A stretch of DNA of 64,000 nucleotides from Eledone cirrhosa (Eukaryota), in assembly GCA_964016885.1 (NCBI GenBank), contig OZ024742.1:231880001-231944000 (forward strand), read 5' to 3'. The position numbers and the translations under genes are program-made. This document shows positions 1 to 13,203 of the stretch, piece by piece (positions within the stretch are counted from its first letter, which is position 1; each line of letters starts with the position of its first letter). Under the pieces are notes generated by a model, which had not been told where the DNA came from, did no database searches, and saw only the letters and a program-made list of their open reading frames with translations.

Positions 1-145
1 GGTCTACATCATTGGATGCAAACGAAGTCGCAGGTTTTATATCAGAGTGACCTTCTCCTAGAGAGATGTCTTAATGAAGACTAGGAGTCTATCGCACCAC
101 AAAAAAAACATACATACATATATACATACATACATGCATACATGC

Positions 146-178
<33 letters not shown>

Positions 179-243
179 TGTATGTATGTATGTATGTATG
201 TATGTATGTATGTATGTATGTATGCATGTATGTATGTATGTAT

Positions 244-851
244 GTCAGGTCACCAGTTGGTGCTACTGGTAACATGTATCCCAGTACAACCTGTCTCATG
301 GTCGGGTCGTTGGCGACTAAACTGGCAACCCCACCAAGGTTTCTTAGTGAGGAGGGTGACTTTGGACATCCTGCAGGACTAAAAACAAAACCTGTCAAAA
401 GGCAAAGGAGCTCTTAAGAGTCAATGGCCATCCAAAATCACCGGGAGAGATGACCCCTTAGCCTTTGTCAAGGCAGAATTCTAGGAGAAGGAAAACTCTG
501 ATATAACACCTGCAACCCTAATGGTATCCAATGATGTTGACTTGTTCTTCTTTTTGGTAAATATCATCTTGGTTAAGAGAGTGGGACTGGCTTTGTGCAG
601 TGCCTTGGCTCACTATAAAAGCTTCACGGCACAGGCATTGCTTTATATCTGGAGATCTCTCTGCACTTGTCGTCACATGGTACCTTGGGCCCAGCACTAT
701 GTGTCAATAATTGTCACAAGTGTAGTGTTTGTACCAGAGTTTTCAAGTCGCTGGCTGGACTAAAAAGTCACACTCGTTCAGCGCATCGGTAGGGGTTCTC
801 CTACATGGATATAAAGTAGTGGCCGTACTCGAAAACGCGTTGGCAGCCACC
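244..851 (+). mobile_element. Non-coding RTE-derived non-autonomous retroposon (about 610 bp) inside a (TATG)n tract
   Basis: The first ~190 bp (tgctactggtaacatg...ggcgactaaac.ggcaaccccacc) match 22558-22735, which precedes an RTE endonuclease remnant. The middle (ctaggagaaggaaaactc) and 3' end (tggccgtactcga...ggcagccacca) match the reverse complements of 17003-17335 and 53021-53372. No ORF. Confidence 0.65.
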
Positions 852-985
852 ATGTATGTATGTATGAATGTATTCATGAATATACATATTTACATATGCG
901 TATGTATGTGTGTGTGTGTGTGTACATATATATGCTATGGATTTTTTGGGTAATAAACCTATAAAGCATGAACTGTATTTGTGTA

Positions 986-1060
<75 letters not shown>

Positions 1061-1351
1061 AATAAAATCTACACTCTACTTTCCTTAAAGTTGCGTAATC
1101 AGGAGTATATGCTTGTGAACATAGATACTGGACATGTAAAATAAAAGTTTATGTGTCTTATTCATACATATGTTAAAACACATTATAGTTGTCAACTGGT
1201 TATATTAAGCGATGTCGTGAACTAACATTTCAATGCTTATTTTCAATTTTTTTTATACGGTATCATAACTATAATAAAGGGCCGCGGGACTGCATCCAGA
1301 ATATATTTTTTAATCGCGTTTGTAAAATAAGTTGGATTACTTTGAATTAAT

Positions 1352-1449
1352 AATTGTTTCTACTTTAGGCACAAGGCCAGCAATTATCCAGTACATTACT
1401 GGTATTTTATTTTATCGACCCCGTAAGGATGAAAGGCAAAGTTAACCTT
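1352..1449 (-). mobile_element. tRNA-derived SINE, 3' half
   Basis: Reverse complement of the SINE body gttaactttgcctttcatccttacggggtcgataaaataaa...ccttgtgcctaaagtagaaac, which recurs throughout the window. Confidence 0.85.
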
Positions 1450-1589
1450 TAAATTAATAATGAATGAATATTACATAATTTTCGTAACTGTTGATTAAAA
1501 ATAAATAATTTTATTGTTTATTTTAAGATTCACTTTCTTCAATTTTCAAATGTCAACACTTCCGGTTAGAGCCTGTTATATTATAACAT

Positions 1590-1863
1590 TTATTACATCG
1601 CTTATATAAACGTTCATATATTTCCGTCGCTAATTTTCTCCTAATCAGTTTATATAAAATATCGACTTTTTTTTAATGTATCATGGATTACGTTACTGAT
1701 TACATAAGACAGTGTAAAAAATCTTCGTTCAATTTCTGTGCATATTGTCAATTACGATTTCATTTGATGTATCATATCTACATGTATATATATTTGCGTA
1801 TAATATCAATATACACATAACACATGCTAGCAGAAAACCACCCTTCCGGTGGTTTTCTGCTAG
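1590..1863. repeat. Dispersed repeat, second copy inverted at about 11370-11665
   Basis: Shared blocks such as aatcgtaattgacaatatgca and gagaaaattagcgacggaaatata. This copy ends in the hairpin ctagcagaaaaccacc-cttcc-ggtggttttctgctag. Confidence 0.6.
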
Positions 1864-2544
1864 TAAAAAAAAAAATGAAAATAAGCACTGAAATGTTATT
1901 TTACGACAACGCTTAATATAACCAGTTGACAACTAATCTATGTTCATACGCACGCGCACATGCTTTCTGCTTATGTACTATGAATCTTGTGTTTTGCCTT
2001 TTGATGTTAAACAAATTATTGTTGTATTGTATTTCCTGAAGTGACACGGCTTGGAGTAAAGCGCCTATGATGGAGTTACTTAACTGATATTTTCGTGTTT
2101 TTCTCCACTATTGGTGAATTATAGTTGGTTGCATTGAAACGTTCGTAGATGTATAAATAAACAACAATAATATTAATCCTTCGTTTTACTGAATTTTGAA
2201 TATATACATACACATATGTATATATTGGCTGATTGGACCTAGGAAGGCCTTGTCCCCCCTCCACCTTCCTCAATATCTCGTTGTCCAATGTAACTGGGAT
2301 GTAACGTCGAGACCTCTGGTGTCCTTCGTCTCTGCACTGCTGGTTTCCTCCGTGAAGTGGAAATGACGACGTCATCTTGAGAAGGGGAGACGCGTGAGGT
2401 GGGGTGGCTGGTCATTCTCTGCGGGAATGTTTTTGTCATCTTGTCCACGGGGCGTGCCTGGGGTAGTGTTCAGACAGTCTGTCGCAACCCTTTTTTTTCC
2501 TTTTTCTTCTTTTCATTTCTTCTTTTTTAATAGTTTGTTTTGTT

Positions 2545-2730
2545 TTTAAAAGTAAAATTAAAATATATGGAATTTTTAAAAGTAAAATATATAATTTTTA
2601 AAATTAAAATATATGGAATTTTTAAAAGTAAAATATATAATTTTTAAAATTAAAATTAAAATATATGGAATTTTTAAAATTAAAATATATGGAATTTTTA
2701 AAAGTAAAATTAAAATATATGGAATTTTAT
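2545..2730. repeat. AT-rich minisatellite (about 25-31 bp unit, ttttaaaagtaaaattaaaatatatggaatt)
   Basis: Imperfect tandem units visible directly. Confidence 0.85.
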
Positions 2731-2864
2731 TAACATATATCAAAAGTAGACCGGTCTGAAGACTCTACTGGAAATACGAACAGAGATGGTGATACGAGAC
2801 ATGTAACAAGTTTATTTCCTTCGACCGTGGTTAAACGATATGTTATACATATAAGCACGTATGC

Positions 2865-2921
<57 letters not shown>

Positions 2922-3110
2922 CATACGTCAAAAAAAGTGAAACTAATTTTTGACAGTTACGTACACTCACTCATCTGAATAGATTTGTGTATATATAGTC
3001 CTGTATAAACTTCGAGATGACTATAATGCAGACACACGCAATTGTATGGATTTCTTAATATATATATATGTGTGGGTGTGTATATGTGTGTATGTATATG
3101 TGTGTGTGTG

Positions 3111-3191
<81 letters not shown>

Positions 3192-3650
3192 TTGTATATA
3201 TATATATGTGTGTTTGTATATATATATGTGTTTGTATATATATATATGTGTGTATATGTGTACATATACACACATATATATGTTGTACATGTGTATATAC
3301 ATCTATAAGTTTGTGGATGTGTGTAAAAAAATATCACGTATTCACAATCCAAATTGAAAATAATGACGTACGTAACTGTCAAAAATTAGTTTCACTTTTG
3401 AGACCGGCCGTTTTGACGTATGCCATATTCATTTAATATATTGATTTATTGATATTTTATTTGAGTGACCCGAATCTTCCTGGTCGTTCTTTTTCGGCTG
3501 TACGGGTGATTTTTAGGCATAATCTCTATGTGTTGGTAATTTAACGATGGTTATAGCTCTGATTTATCCAAATTATTGAGCCCTCTGCCACACATATCGG
3601 ATATTGTTTATCGTTAATTCGTGAGCTGTTTTTCCGATTCTCGATTATTC

Positions 3651-3717
<67 letters not shown>

Positions 3718-3819
3718 TATTGAAGTTTCCGTTGAAAATTGAAAAAGTCATAGGAGTGAAGAGTGCTCTATGTGAGTACCAGAGCAAAATTTAATGTATA
3801 ATAAACAATACAATATAAT

Positions 3820-3893
3820 TACCTCATTACCAGAGGTTTCCCGAATAAGACGAATACGAAAAAAACGTCCTCATTCGTTCGTCGGACAAGGTA
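3820..3893 (-). ncRNA. Type-I hammerhead ribozyme fold with U4C core variant
   Basis: Minus strand reads UACCUUGU-CCGACGA-A-(CGAAUGAGGACG...CGUCUUAUUCG)-GGAAA-CC-UCU-GG-UA/AUGAGGUA. Stems I, II and III all pair. Confidence 0.6.
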
Positions 3894-3970
3894 TTTTTTT
3901 CGTATTCGTCTTATTCGGGAAACCTCTGGTAATGAGGTAATTATATTGTATTGTTTATTATACATTATAT

Positions 3971-4053
<83 letters not shown>

Positions 4054-4057
<4 letters not shown>

Positions 4058-4215
4058 CCGCTGCATGATATTACTTTATACTATATATATATATATATAT
4101 AAGTTGAAATAAAATGAAAACGAAATTTCATTTCTCACTCTTAGTACGGCACTTACTTAAATGTAAGTATGTGTGTATACGTACATACATATATGTATAC
4201 AGACGTACAGTAGCA

Positions 4216-4273
<58 letters not shown>

Positions 4274-4875
4274 CATACAGGTACACATACATATATGCAC
4301 GTATCAGTTTAGCGGACGCTTATTATAGCGCCGCTGATACGTGCATATATGTATGTGTACCTGTATGTATATATATATATGTATATATATATATATTGGT
4401 AAACGGAATAGAAAATGCTGACAAATTGTTCACAGTTGAAAAATGGTTTAATTAGGAATAAAAGAGTATTAGTGATTGTATGGGTTAGTATTCAGTTGTG
4501 GTTTTAAGTTTTTAAGTTTTTACCGGTTGCGCATTTCTAAATGCTTTTCAAAAATAATTTTGAGATAGAGTGTCCGTGCTGTTTGCGCTGATCTGATTAG
4601 TTTTGGGAATTCTACCTGTTTTTATGTTAAAAAAATGGCTCCAGCGTTATTTTTGTGTTGCAAAAATGCTTGTGGTCAAAACAATTTTGATTGGTCGGTA
4701 GAGGTCATGTGAATGTAAAAAGTTGATTTTGCGCCAAGACTGTTTTTATGTTAAAATGTTAGAAAAGTGGCTCCAGCAAAAATTATGGTCAAAACAATTT
4801 TGATTGGTCGGTAGAGGTCATGTGGATAAAAAATTGGTTTTGCGCCAAGATTGAGAAATGACTCTTTCACAACAA

Positions 4876-4927
<52 letters not shown>

Positions 4928-5966
4928 TAGTAGTAGTAAGGTGTTCGATGCTGCGACAATAGCCACCAGCGATGTGTGTCAAATGGCTATTAAGATAAGT
5001 GTGTGTGTGTGTGTGTGTGCGTACATACACACAGCAGAGTCATTCGAAGGTCAAAAGATATTTTTCAGCTTTTGTCTTATACGGAGAAGTGCGTGTGTGT
5101 GTGTGTGTGTGTATATAAGTCTCTTTGTATGTTGATGTACGCGTGTGTATGTGTTTGTGTATATATGTGTGTGTGTGTGTGTGTGTGCGTGTGTGGGTGG
5201 ACCAGTATTTTTTTTTTTTTTTTTCCTCCAGAACATCCCTGTATTGAAAAAGGACCATAGAATGAACCAAATTCTACGAACACACGATATCATAAAGAGC
5301 AAAAGACAATCCAAGTCAATGAAAAACATCTTAACACATGCCAAAGTACTGCCAACCACAACAACGAAACCCACAGTAAAAAAATGCGATAGACCCAACT
5401 GTGGCATTTGCATCAACCTAATAGAGGGTTCGGAATTCTATTTCAAAGATGGACAACGTTTTATAGTAAAACACAATTTCACATGTGCATCGGAAAATTT
5501 AATATATGTATTAACTTGTTCAGGTTGTCGAGAACAATACATAGGCCAGACCAAAAACAGCCTCCGCCAACGCATGACTGCCCATAGATCCCAAATTAAA
5601 ATACGGGAATACAGGAAAATACCACTGAGTGAACACATTGATACCTGCGCCGCCCAAAATCATCCCAACTTCAGAATCTTTCCCCTCTACAAATTTAAAG
5701 ATAATGCCACCCACACCCAGCGCATCAGCAAGGAATCTTACTTCATTAACAAATACGGACCCCGTCTAAACACTTCTCCCTAAGACGAACCCACAACATA
5801 CACACGTCAACATACATACCTACATCAGCACACATCTCTACCCACATATAAACACAATGACACACGTAAACACACATGCTCTATGGTGCAATACAAAAAA
5901 ATATATGTGCATATATATGTATGTATATATGTATATATATATATATATATGTAGTGAAAATATATA

Positions 5967-6004
<38 letters not shown>

Positions 6005-6299
6005 GTGAATATCATTTCACACCTTTTATTGTTAAGATTGTTGATGTTCTATTAAGAGAACCGATTTTACTGAAAAAATCGAATAATGTACACTATTTTA
6101 CCAGGGGGGAAAAAAATACTGGTCCACCCACACACGCACACACACACACACACACATATATACACAAACACATACACACGCGTACATCAACATACAAAGA
6201 GACTTATATACACACACACACACACACACGCACTTCTCCGTATAAGACAAAAGCTGAAAAATATCTTTTGACCTTCGAATGACTCTGCTGTGTGTATGT

Positions 6300-6335
<36 letters not shown>

Positions 6336-6404
6336 ATCTTAATAGCCATTTGACACACATCGCTGGTGGCTATTGTCGCAGCATCGAACACCTTACTACT
6401 ACTA

Positions 6405-6450
<46 letters not shown>

Positions 6451-6965
6451 TTGTTGTGAAAGAGTCATTTCTCAATCTTGGCGCAAAACCAATTTTTTAT
6501 CCACATGACCTCTACCGACCAATCAAAATTGTTTTGACCATAATTTTTGTTGGAGCCACTTTTCTAACATTTTAACATAAAAACAGTCTTGGCGCAAAAT
6601 CAACTTTTTACATTCACATGACCTCTACCGACCAATCAAAATTGTTTTGACCACAAGCATTTTTGCAACACAAAAATAACGCTGGAGCCATTTTTTTAAC
6701 ATAAAAACAGGTAGAATTCCCAAAACTAATCAGATCAGAGCAAACAGCACGGACACTCTATCTCAAAATTATTTTTGAAAAGCATTTAGAAATGCGCAAC
6801 CGGTAAAAACTTAAAAACTTAAAACCACAACTGAATACTAACCCATACAATCACTAATACTCTTTTATTCCTAATTAAACCATTTTTCAACTGTGAACAA
6901 TTTGTCAGCATTTTCTATTCCGTTTACCAATATATAATAACTTGTGTGTTACACCTCTATTCTTT

Positions 6966-7009
<44 letters not shown>

Positions 7010-7104
7010 TGCTACTGTACGTCTGTATACATATATGTATGTACGTATACACACATACTTATATATATATATATATAGTATAAAGTAATATCATGCAGCG
7101 GCGT
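4054..7104. repeat. Large inverted repeat: arms about 4054-5215 and 6110-7104
   Basis: 4395-5215 is the near-identical reverse complement of 6110-6932. The outer blocks 4054-4102 and 4163-4220 match 7059-7103 and 7005-7060. Confidence 0.95.
5226..5783 (+). mobile_element. Penelope-like element (Neptune-type) linker and GIY-YIG endonuclease, 5'-truncated, frame open to the stop
   Basis: SKRQSKSMKNILT linker, C-x4-C-x2-C (CDRPNCGIC), NLIYVLTCSGCREQYIGQT..LRQRM..H, and terminal KESYFI...GPRLN. The N-terminal part of the track ORF is microsatellite read-through. Confidence 0.9.
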
Positions 7105-7149
7105 TTTTTAAATGTAAACAAAAACACGCCGTTATGTTATATTTTTTGT

Positions 7150-9110
7150 ACATGATATCATATTTAAGGCAACTATATCTTATGTAATTCTGATGAGTCC
7201 TAATATTTAGCTCTTGATATTACTTAACGTTTCAGACACAAGTCCTTCATCAGAGACACAAGTCCTTCATCCTTATTTTCATTAGAAATAGAAGATAAAT
7301 AGAAAGAAGAGGAAGGACAGGGAAAAAAATGAGAAAAAAAAAGGGGGGAGGAGGCACGTGCATATTCAGCCAGCCATTTTGGAGATATGCCCGTGAGAGC
7401 GTATCTTACGTGTTAGAGAGGTTTAGGAAGAGAGGTAATCATAGTATATGTGGGCTTGACAGTGCGCGCGCGCGCGTGTGTGCGTGTGCGAGTGTGTAGG
7501 TGTGTTCGTATGTTTGAAGGATGAGCATTGGAACGTTACTGCTATGAGTGTGTGGATGTGTGAGTGAGCGCGCGTGAACTGACCAACGTAAGGGGGTGTA
7601 TATGAATGTCTACATATATATACATACACATAGCAGCTGAGAAAGGAGGTGTAAAAAGGCGGTGGAAGCGAATATGACCGTTGCCCTTATATTTCATGAC
7701 GTGGTATGGCTTTAAGAGAACGTGCGTAGCTTCGGATACGACGATATGGTGGTGCAACCGTAAACAGCTAAGCTGCAAAATGTGAGGTCATTGCGTCTGT
7801 GGGTGTGGGTAGAGGTAGGGAAGTGGTGGGGGACAGAGTAAAGGCGAGGAAACATCCAGCACGAACGGTGTCACAACCAGGGCACGCGAACACAGACAAG
7901 CACACATGGGACTGAGCCCTGGAATGTGTGCTGGTCGTCTGTTCGGACATGTGCACATAGGTGTGCATCTATCAGAAAGTCTAAGGTTTTGATGGTTATG
8001 TGTGTGCAGATGTGTGTTGAGTGGTATATACGGATGTTGTAAATGTGTAATGGTGTGTATTGTGTAATGGTTGGAGTTGTGTGTATATGTGCCTGTGTTT
8101 GTGCGCGAGAGCAAGCATAAAGGGATGTTATAGGAACTGGGGAGGGAGGGGGGGGGGGGGAATTGAGTTCTTTCGGAAAAATAGTTCCAAAGCGGAAAAT
8201 TAAATTCTGCTCGATCCTGGTGCGACTGTCTGTGGGTCCGTGGTGTAAAATGAGACTTGAGACAGTGAGGTGTTGAGTAGAGTGGTTGGGGGGAACGAAA
8301 GTGACGAACAATAGTCGTATATGGCTCAGGTGTACGGTGAATCGGCCCACCAAACGGCAGCCCGTTTGTCCGGCGTAAATGGACCCCCAAAGGTAATTCC
8401 GGAGGGCATAGACGGGCGTTGGTGGAGGTGCAAGTAAAGGAGTGTCAAATGCGAAAAGAATGGTTCGTACTTTGTGTGAGTTGTGATGCTTGTTATATAG
8501 GCACAAGTGTTACAGCGGGAGTGGGAACAGGGACGGGAGCCAGCAAGAGTCCTAGGGAGGGGGGGGGGAAATGTGCACAAGAAGGTCACAGAGATTACGG
8601 GCGCGCTTAAAGGCAGTGATTGGAGGGCGCGCTTAAAGGCAGTGAAAGAAGCGAGAAGTGAGGGGTCAAAAACGAGGATTCGGAAATAATGAAGGATGCA
8701 ATGACGTAATGGTAATGTAGATGAGTGGTAGGTGAGGAGGAGGCGGGTGTAGTGCGAGCAGTATCACGGGCGTGGGTAAGGGCAGCTTGAATCACGGTGG
8801 GAGGATATCCACGCTGGATGAAGCGAGAAGCCATTCTTTGAGTGTTGTCTGCAGAGCCGACGAAGACAGACGAATTGGGAGTAGGGTATAGAGAGTGTGG
8901 TGAGGGTTAGGTGGGGGTAGATGAAGTCGAGGTAGGAATGGGAGTCAGTGGATTTGTAGACGATGGAAGTAGAGAGGGTGGGTGAGTGTGATCGATAGAG
9001 AGAGAGAGGGAGAGAGAGATAGGGAGAGAGAGATAGGGAGAGAGAGAGAGAGAGATGTTGAGAAATTGGATGGAAGAATCGAAGATGATGGTAGTGAAGG
9101 TTAGAGCTGG
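7150..9110 (-). mobile_element. Degenerate Penelope-like element (Neptune-type): RT C-terminus, GIY-YIG remnant and 3' pLTR region
   Basis: Frameshifted pieces YKSTDSHSYL, SIPYSQFVCLRRLC, FIQRGYP, CSHSRCNTC, IYAGQTGCRLVGRF and EQNLIFRFGTIFPKELN. Confidence 0.85.
7222..7255 (-). ncRNA. Minimal PLE-type hammerhead ribozyme
   Basis: CUGAUGA-A-GGAC-UUGU-GUCU-GAAACGUUA with palindromic stem III (AACGUU). It lies at the 3' end of the PLE, and its 5' stem-I strand is disturbed by a short tandem duplication. Confidence 0.7.
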
Positions 9111-9152
9111 ATTTATATATATATATGTATACACACACACACACATACACAT

Positions 9153-9225
<73 letters not shown>

Positions 9226-9348
9226 AGGAAATCTACAAGAAATCAACGACACCATTTCTTTCACCCACCCGCGTCTCTGTTTAGTTGTAAACAAAATATT
9301 TTCAGAACATTCCCATTAATGAATATTCTCTCTCTCCCTGTCCTTCTT

Positions 9349-9410
<62 letters not shown>

Positions 9411-9522
9411 CAAATATAACTACGTTATTTATATATATATATAAAGAAAAAAAGATGAAATCGAAAATGCAACTGGAGTCTTATTTTTAAAAAAATATAT
9501 ATCTATTTGGTTCCTTTACCGG

Positions 9523-9562
<40 letters not shown>

Positions 9563-10397
9563 TACTTGTCCCCCTCGCTTTACGCGAATTACTGGTCCCA
9601 ATAACTTTTTTTAGTTATTGCTCACACCAACCTGAGGTATCTGATTTTTAATGCGATGAAATACCAATGATGGTTGGAAAATCACTGACGAAGGACTATT
9701 TTTATCATATGTAATCCATTTGCAACCACGCAGTATTCTTCTTTCTTCTCATGTTTTATATATATATATATATATATATTAGGTTATGCAAGAAATGCTT
9801 AGGATTATCCTGAATGCAGTAACGGTTAATTACTACACTAGATAGAGTCGACGTACGGTGAGAGGTAACTCAACGAGTTACAAAAGAACAGTTAAAGAAA
9901 CTTGGTTTCCGATTCTCTTATATTCCGGAGTGTAGATAAAGAATGATTAACAAAACAGATAGACATTATAAAAAGGTAATTTATTCCAAGTGTTTACAAA
10001 TATTTCTTTAGTAGTTACACAGCCTAGTCATGCTATATTCAAATTACTAGTTATTAATTTGAAGATACTCAATTTTCAAAAACTGCTCGTACCACCAAAT
10101 CTTCAGAACGAATGGTTGAATCATGGTTTATTAAAGGGAGTAATTGGGGAAGATAGAGTAGAAAAGGAAGAGAGGGAGAGGGAGAGATAGATATGTATGG
10201 GTAGGAGAAATGGGAGAGAGAGGTTTGAAGAATACAGATAGCTTAATCTAAATGCTGTGACAGGGGTCCAATAAGTGGTTTTATTATACTGCTTACTCTC
10301 AAAGTGACAACTTAAGCACTGTGTTGATATTTTCAAGTTTGGAATTATTTATTGCTACAGAGAGCAGGTTAATAGATGTAGAGAAGCAGGGAGATAG

Positions 10398-10464
<67 letters not shown>

Positions 10465-10493
10465 GAGAGATGAGAGAGAGAGAGAGAGAAAGA

Positions 10494-10528
<35 letters not shown>

Positions 10529-11014
10529 AGAAAAAAGTTAAGAGAAGGGGAAGGAAGGCGATATACACTGAGTTGATAGTTGTAGTTTGCTGATCGTACT
10601 TAGGTATCCATTTATTACGATACGCAAGCTACTGGTTAGTAGTGTGTGTCGGGGGGGGGGGGTATAGTTAGGAAGTAAGTAATGAGTTAAATTAGTTAGC
10701 GAGAAAGTGGTGTAATAGTCTCGGGTTCAAATTATGTTAAGTTACTTTTATAGTGAGAAAATTTAGCCTACAGTTTGTGGTTGCAGTATAACGATCGTTC
10801 GATTCTGTCATTTAGTAAATTGTTTTTAGATTTCAAGATATAAAAAAGTTCAAGGATGCATAATCTGCAATATTTTAATCCACTTAGATATGCACTAGCG
10901 CTGGATAATTTATCCCATTTTAGGGTGAACTGCCGGTTCTATTCACGGAGTTACCAGGTCTTATTAGCGAGTGTAGTTACATAACGGTATATATATATAA
11001 CCTAGTTATATTTG

Positions 11015-11150
11015 GTTTCTGGTACTTTATTGACCCCAGATAGATGAAAGGCATAATTGACCTCTGTGGTATCTGAACTCAGAACATAATAAACCGTAAC
11101 TAAATGCTGCAAAGTATTTTTGTCTGGCGCTCTATCGATTCTGCCAAACC
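11015..11150 (-). mobile_element. tRNA-derived SINE, degenerate
   Basis: ctggtactttattgacccc...gatgaaaggc...gaactcagaac...ctgcca matches the SINE reverse complement. Confidence 0.7.
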
Positions 11151-12807
11151 ATTGAAGCATTTGAATTATTCATGCTGTGTTTATGCTATTCGCTTTAACT
11201 TGCACATATTTTTCCATTGATGTTTTTCTATTGATATTTATTCTATATTGATATTTTCGATCCAAATAATTCAATAAGGTTTCCAGTTAAAAAATATATA
11301 GAAGATTGTAATAAACACTTTGTTCATACGTTTACAGTTTCCTTCTATGTGAATATTATTTTAAAAAAACTAGCAGAAAAACTACCCTGTATTGTGCATA
11401 TTAATATTATACGCAAATACATATGCATGTAGATATGATACGTCAAATAAAATCGTAATTGACAATATGCAGAGAAATTGAAGAAAATCTGTTACACACT
11501 CTTCTGTAATCAGCAAAGTAATCGACGATACATTAAAGAAAGACGATATTATATATAAACTGTATTACGGCAAAATGTTATGAAAACGAAAAAGGAGAAA
11601 ATTAGCGACGGAAATATAAACGTTATATAACTATGCAAATATATGAACGTTTATATAAGCGATGTGATATAGCGTACGGTCGCTTAAATTTAGTAGAAAA
11701 ATTGCATAATATTCATTCATGATTTATTTAAAGTAATCTTCTTTAACTAAGAAAGGAAACAGTGCAGAAAAGTTGTGGAAATGGTAACGCCGGAAGGGGT
11801 AACTATGTAGCGGTAGTTTTCGTTTGGTTGTGGAAATAGAATGTATTGTAGATGCAGCGATATAAAGAATTGGTTTGTTTGGGTTTAGTATTTTTCGTTC
11901 CTTTTAGCGTGGCAGATGTTATAGTAGTAATTTCTTGTTAGCTTGATGAATGATTATGTACAAGGCTGGCCTGTCTCATATAAAGCGCTGTGTGGAATGC
12001 CGTTGAATGAACAAAGAAAACATGATCGCTACTTAAATATATTTATTAATTTAATAACCTGCTACGAGGTGATTGTTGACAATGTAAGAAAACAAGGCTT
12101 AAGTTGTGATGTATGCGTGTGTACAATGATTCAAAAGATGGTATTTACCGCACTTCTGTAATGTGATGATGGTTGTTGGCCTGGCAGCAAGAGAAACCAA
12201 CAGAGAGGACGAGAGAGGGCGGAGAGAGGGGGACGGGAAGAGAGATAGAGGTAGAGACCCAAAGAGGCTTGTGTGAGACAACGGACTATATCTTAACTGC
12301 TCGGAATCAACTCAGCAACTGTTGACTCTGGGAGCCGGCTATTTATCACTATCGCACATTCAGTATCCGGAACACAAGATAAAACAGATGACCGTTATTT
12401 ATGTCAAAATCTCAGATATACTGGCGACTAAAAACTGATTCACAATAGAAACTTATCTATTGCATCACTAAAGGTAAGCTTTCTGATGGTCACTTGATAG
12501 TGTGAAAGAAACTCTATTGAGGAGAGTATCAAATTACTGCTACAACTATAAATAAACTTTCGTCAAAAACGAGGTGAGAGGAAGTTTATGAGAGAAAGAG
12601 TTGTCACGCTGGTAAGTAAACAGTTAGTTAATCAAATTAGCAGCGCATAGCGTTAGCGTAGTAATAAATAGCAAGGCTGCACACGTATGTATATATATAT
12701 ATATATATATCGTAATAATAATTTGAAGACAATAATCCAAAGAGGGTTCGATAAGGATAAATATATATCAAATAAATAAGAACTGTAGTGCAAATATGTA
12801 CAAGGCT

Positions 12808-12862
<55 letters not shown>

Positions 12863-13203
12863 ATTATATAAAGAATCTTGTTTTCAAATATAAAAACTGG
12901 AAAGAAGTAGGTAGAGAAGTTATATCACCTCAAATACGGCAATTTATTATAATAAACTGTACATAAGCATGTGTGCGAAATTCTAATGTGTTAAAAATAA
13001 TTATGCGTGGACCAAATTATTCATTAAAGTATTACAAAATAAAATTTCACAGCAAATAATTATTTACAATTGTTTCGTCCTCATTAGGACATATCAAAAT
13101 CAATCATTTTATGAGCAATTACATTTTCTGAACATTTTAAAGACCTTTCGCTGTGAATTTACGGTAGTGACTATTGTCACATACCTAGCTTCAGCAAAAA
13201 CAT

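Noticed and set aside
74-417. ORFs rich in YI, CV, HT, ER or MYVC repeats here and throughout the window
   Set aside because: These are translations of dinucleotide and tetranucleotide microsatellites with no coding evidence.
2240-2460. GC-richer segment as a host exon
   Set aside because: No recognisable protein or supported splice context. It may be a LINE ORF1 remnant but the signal is too weak to call.
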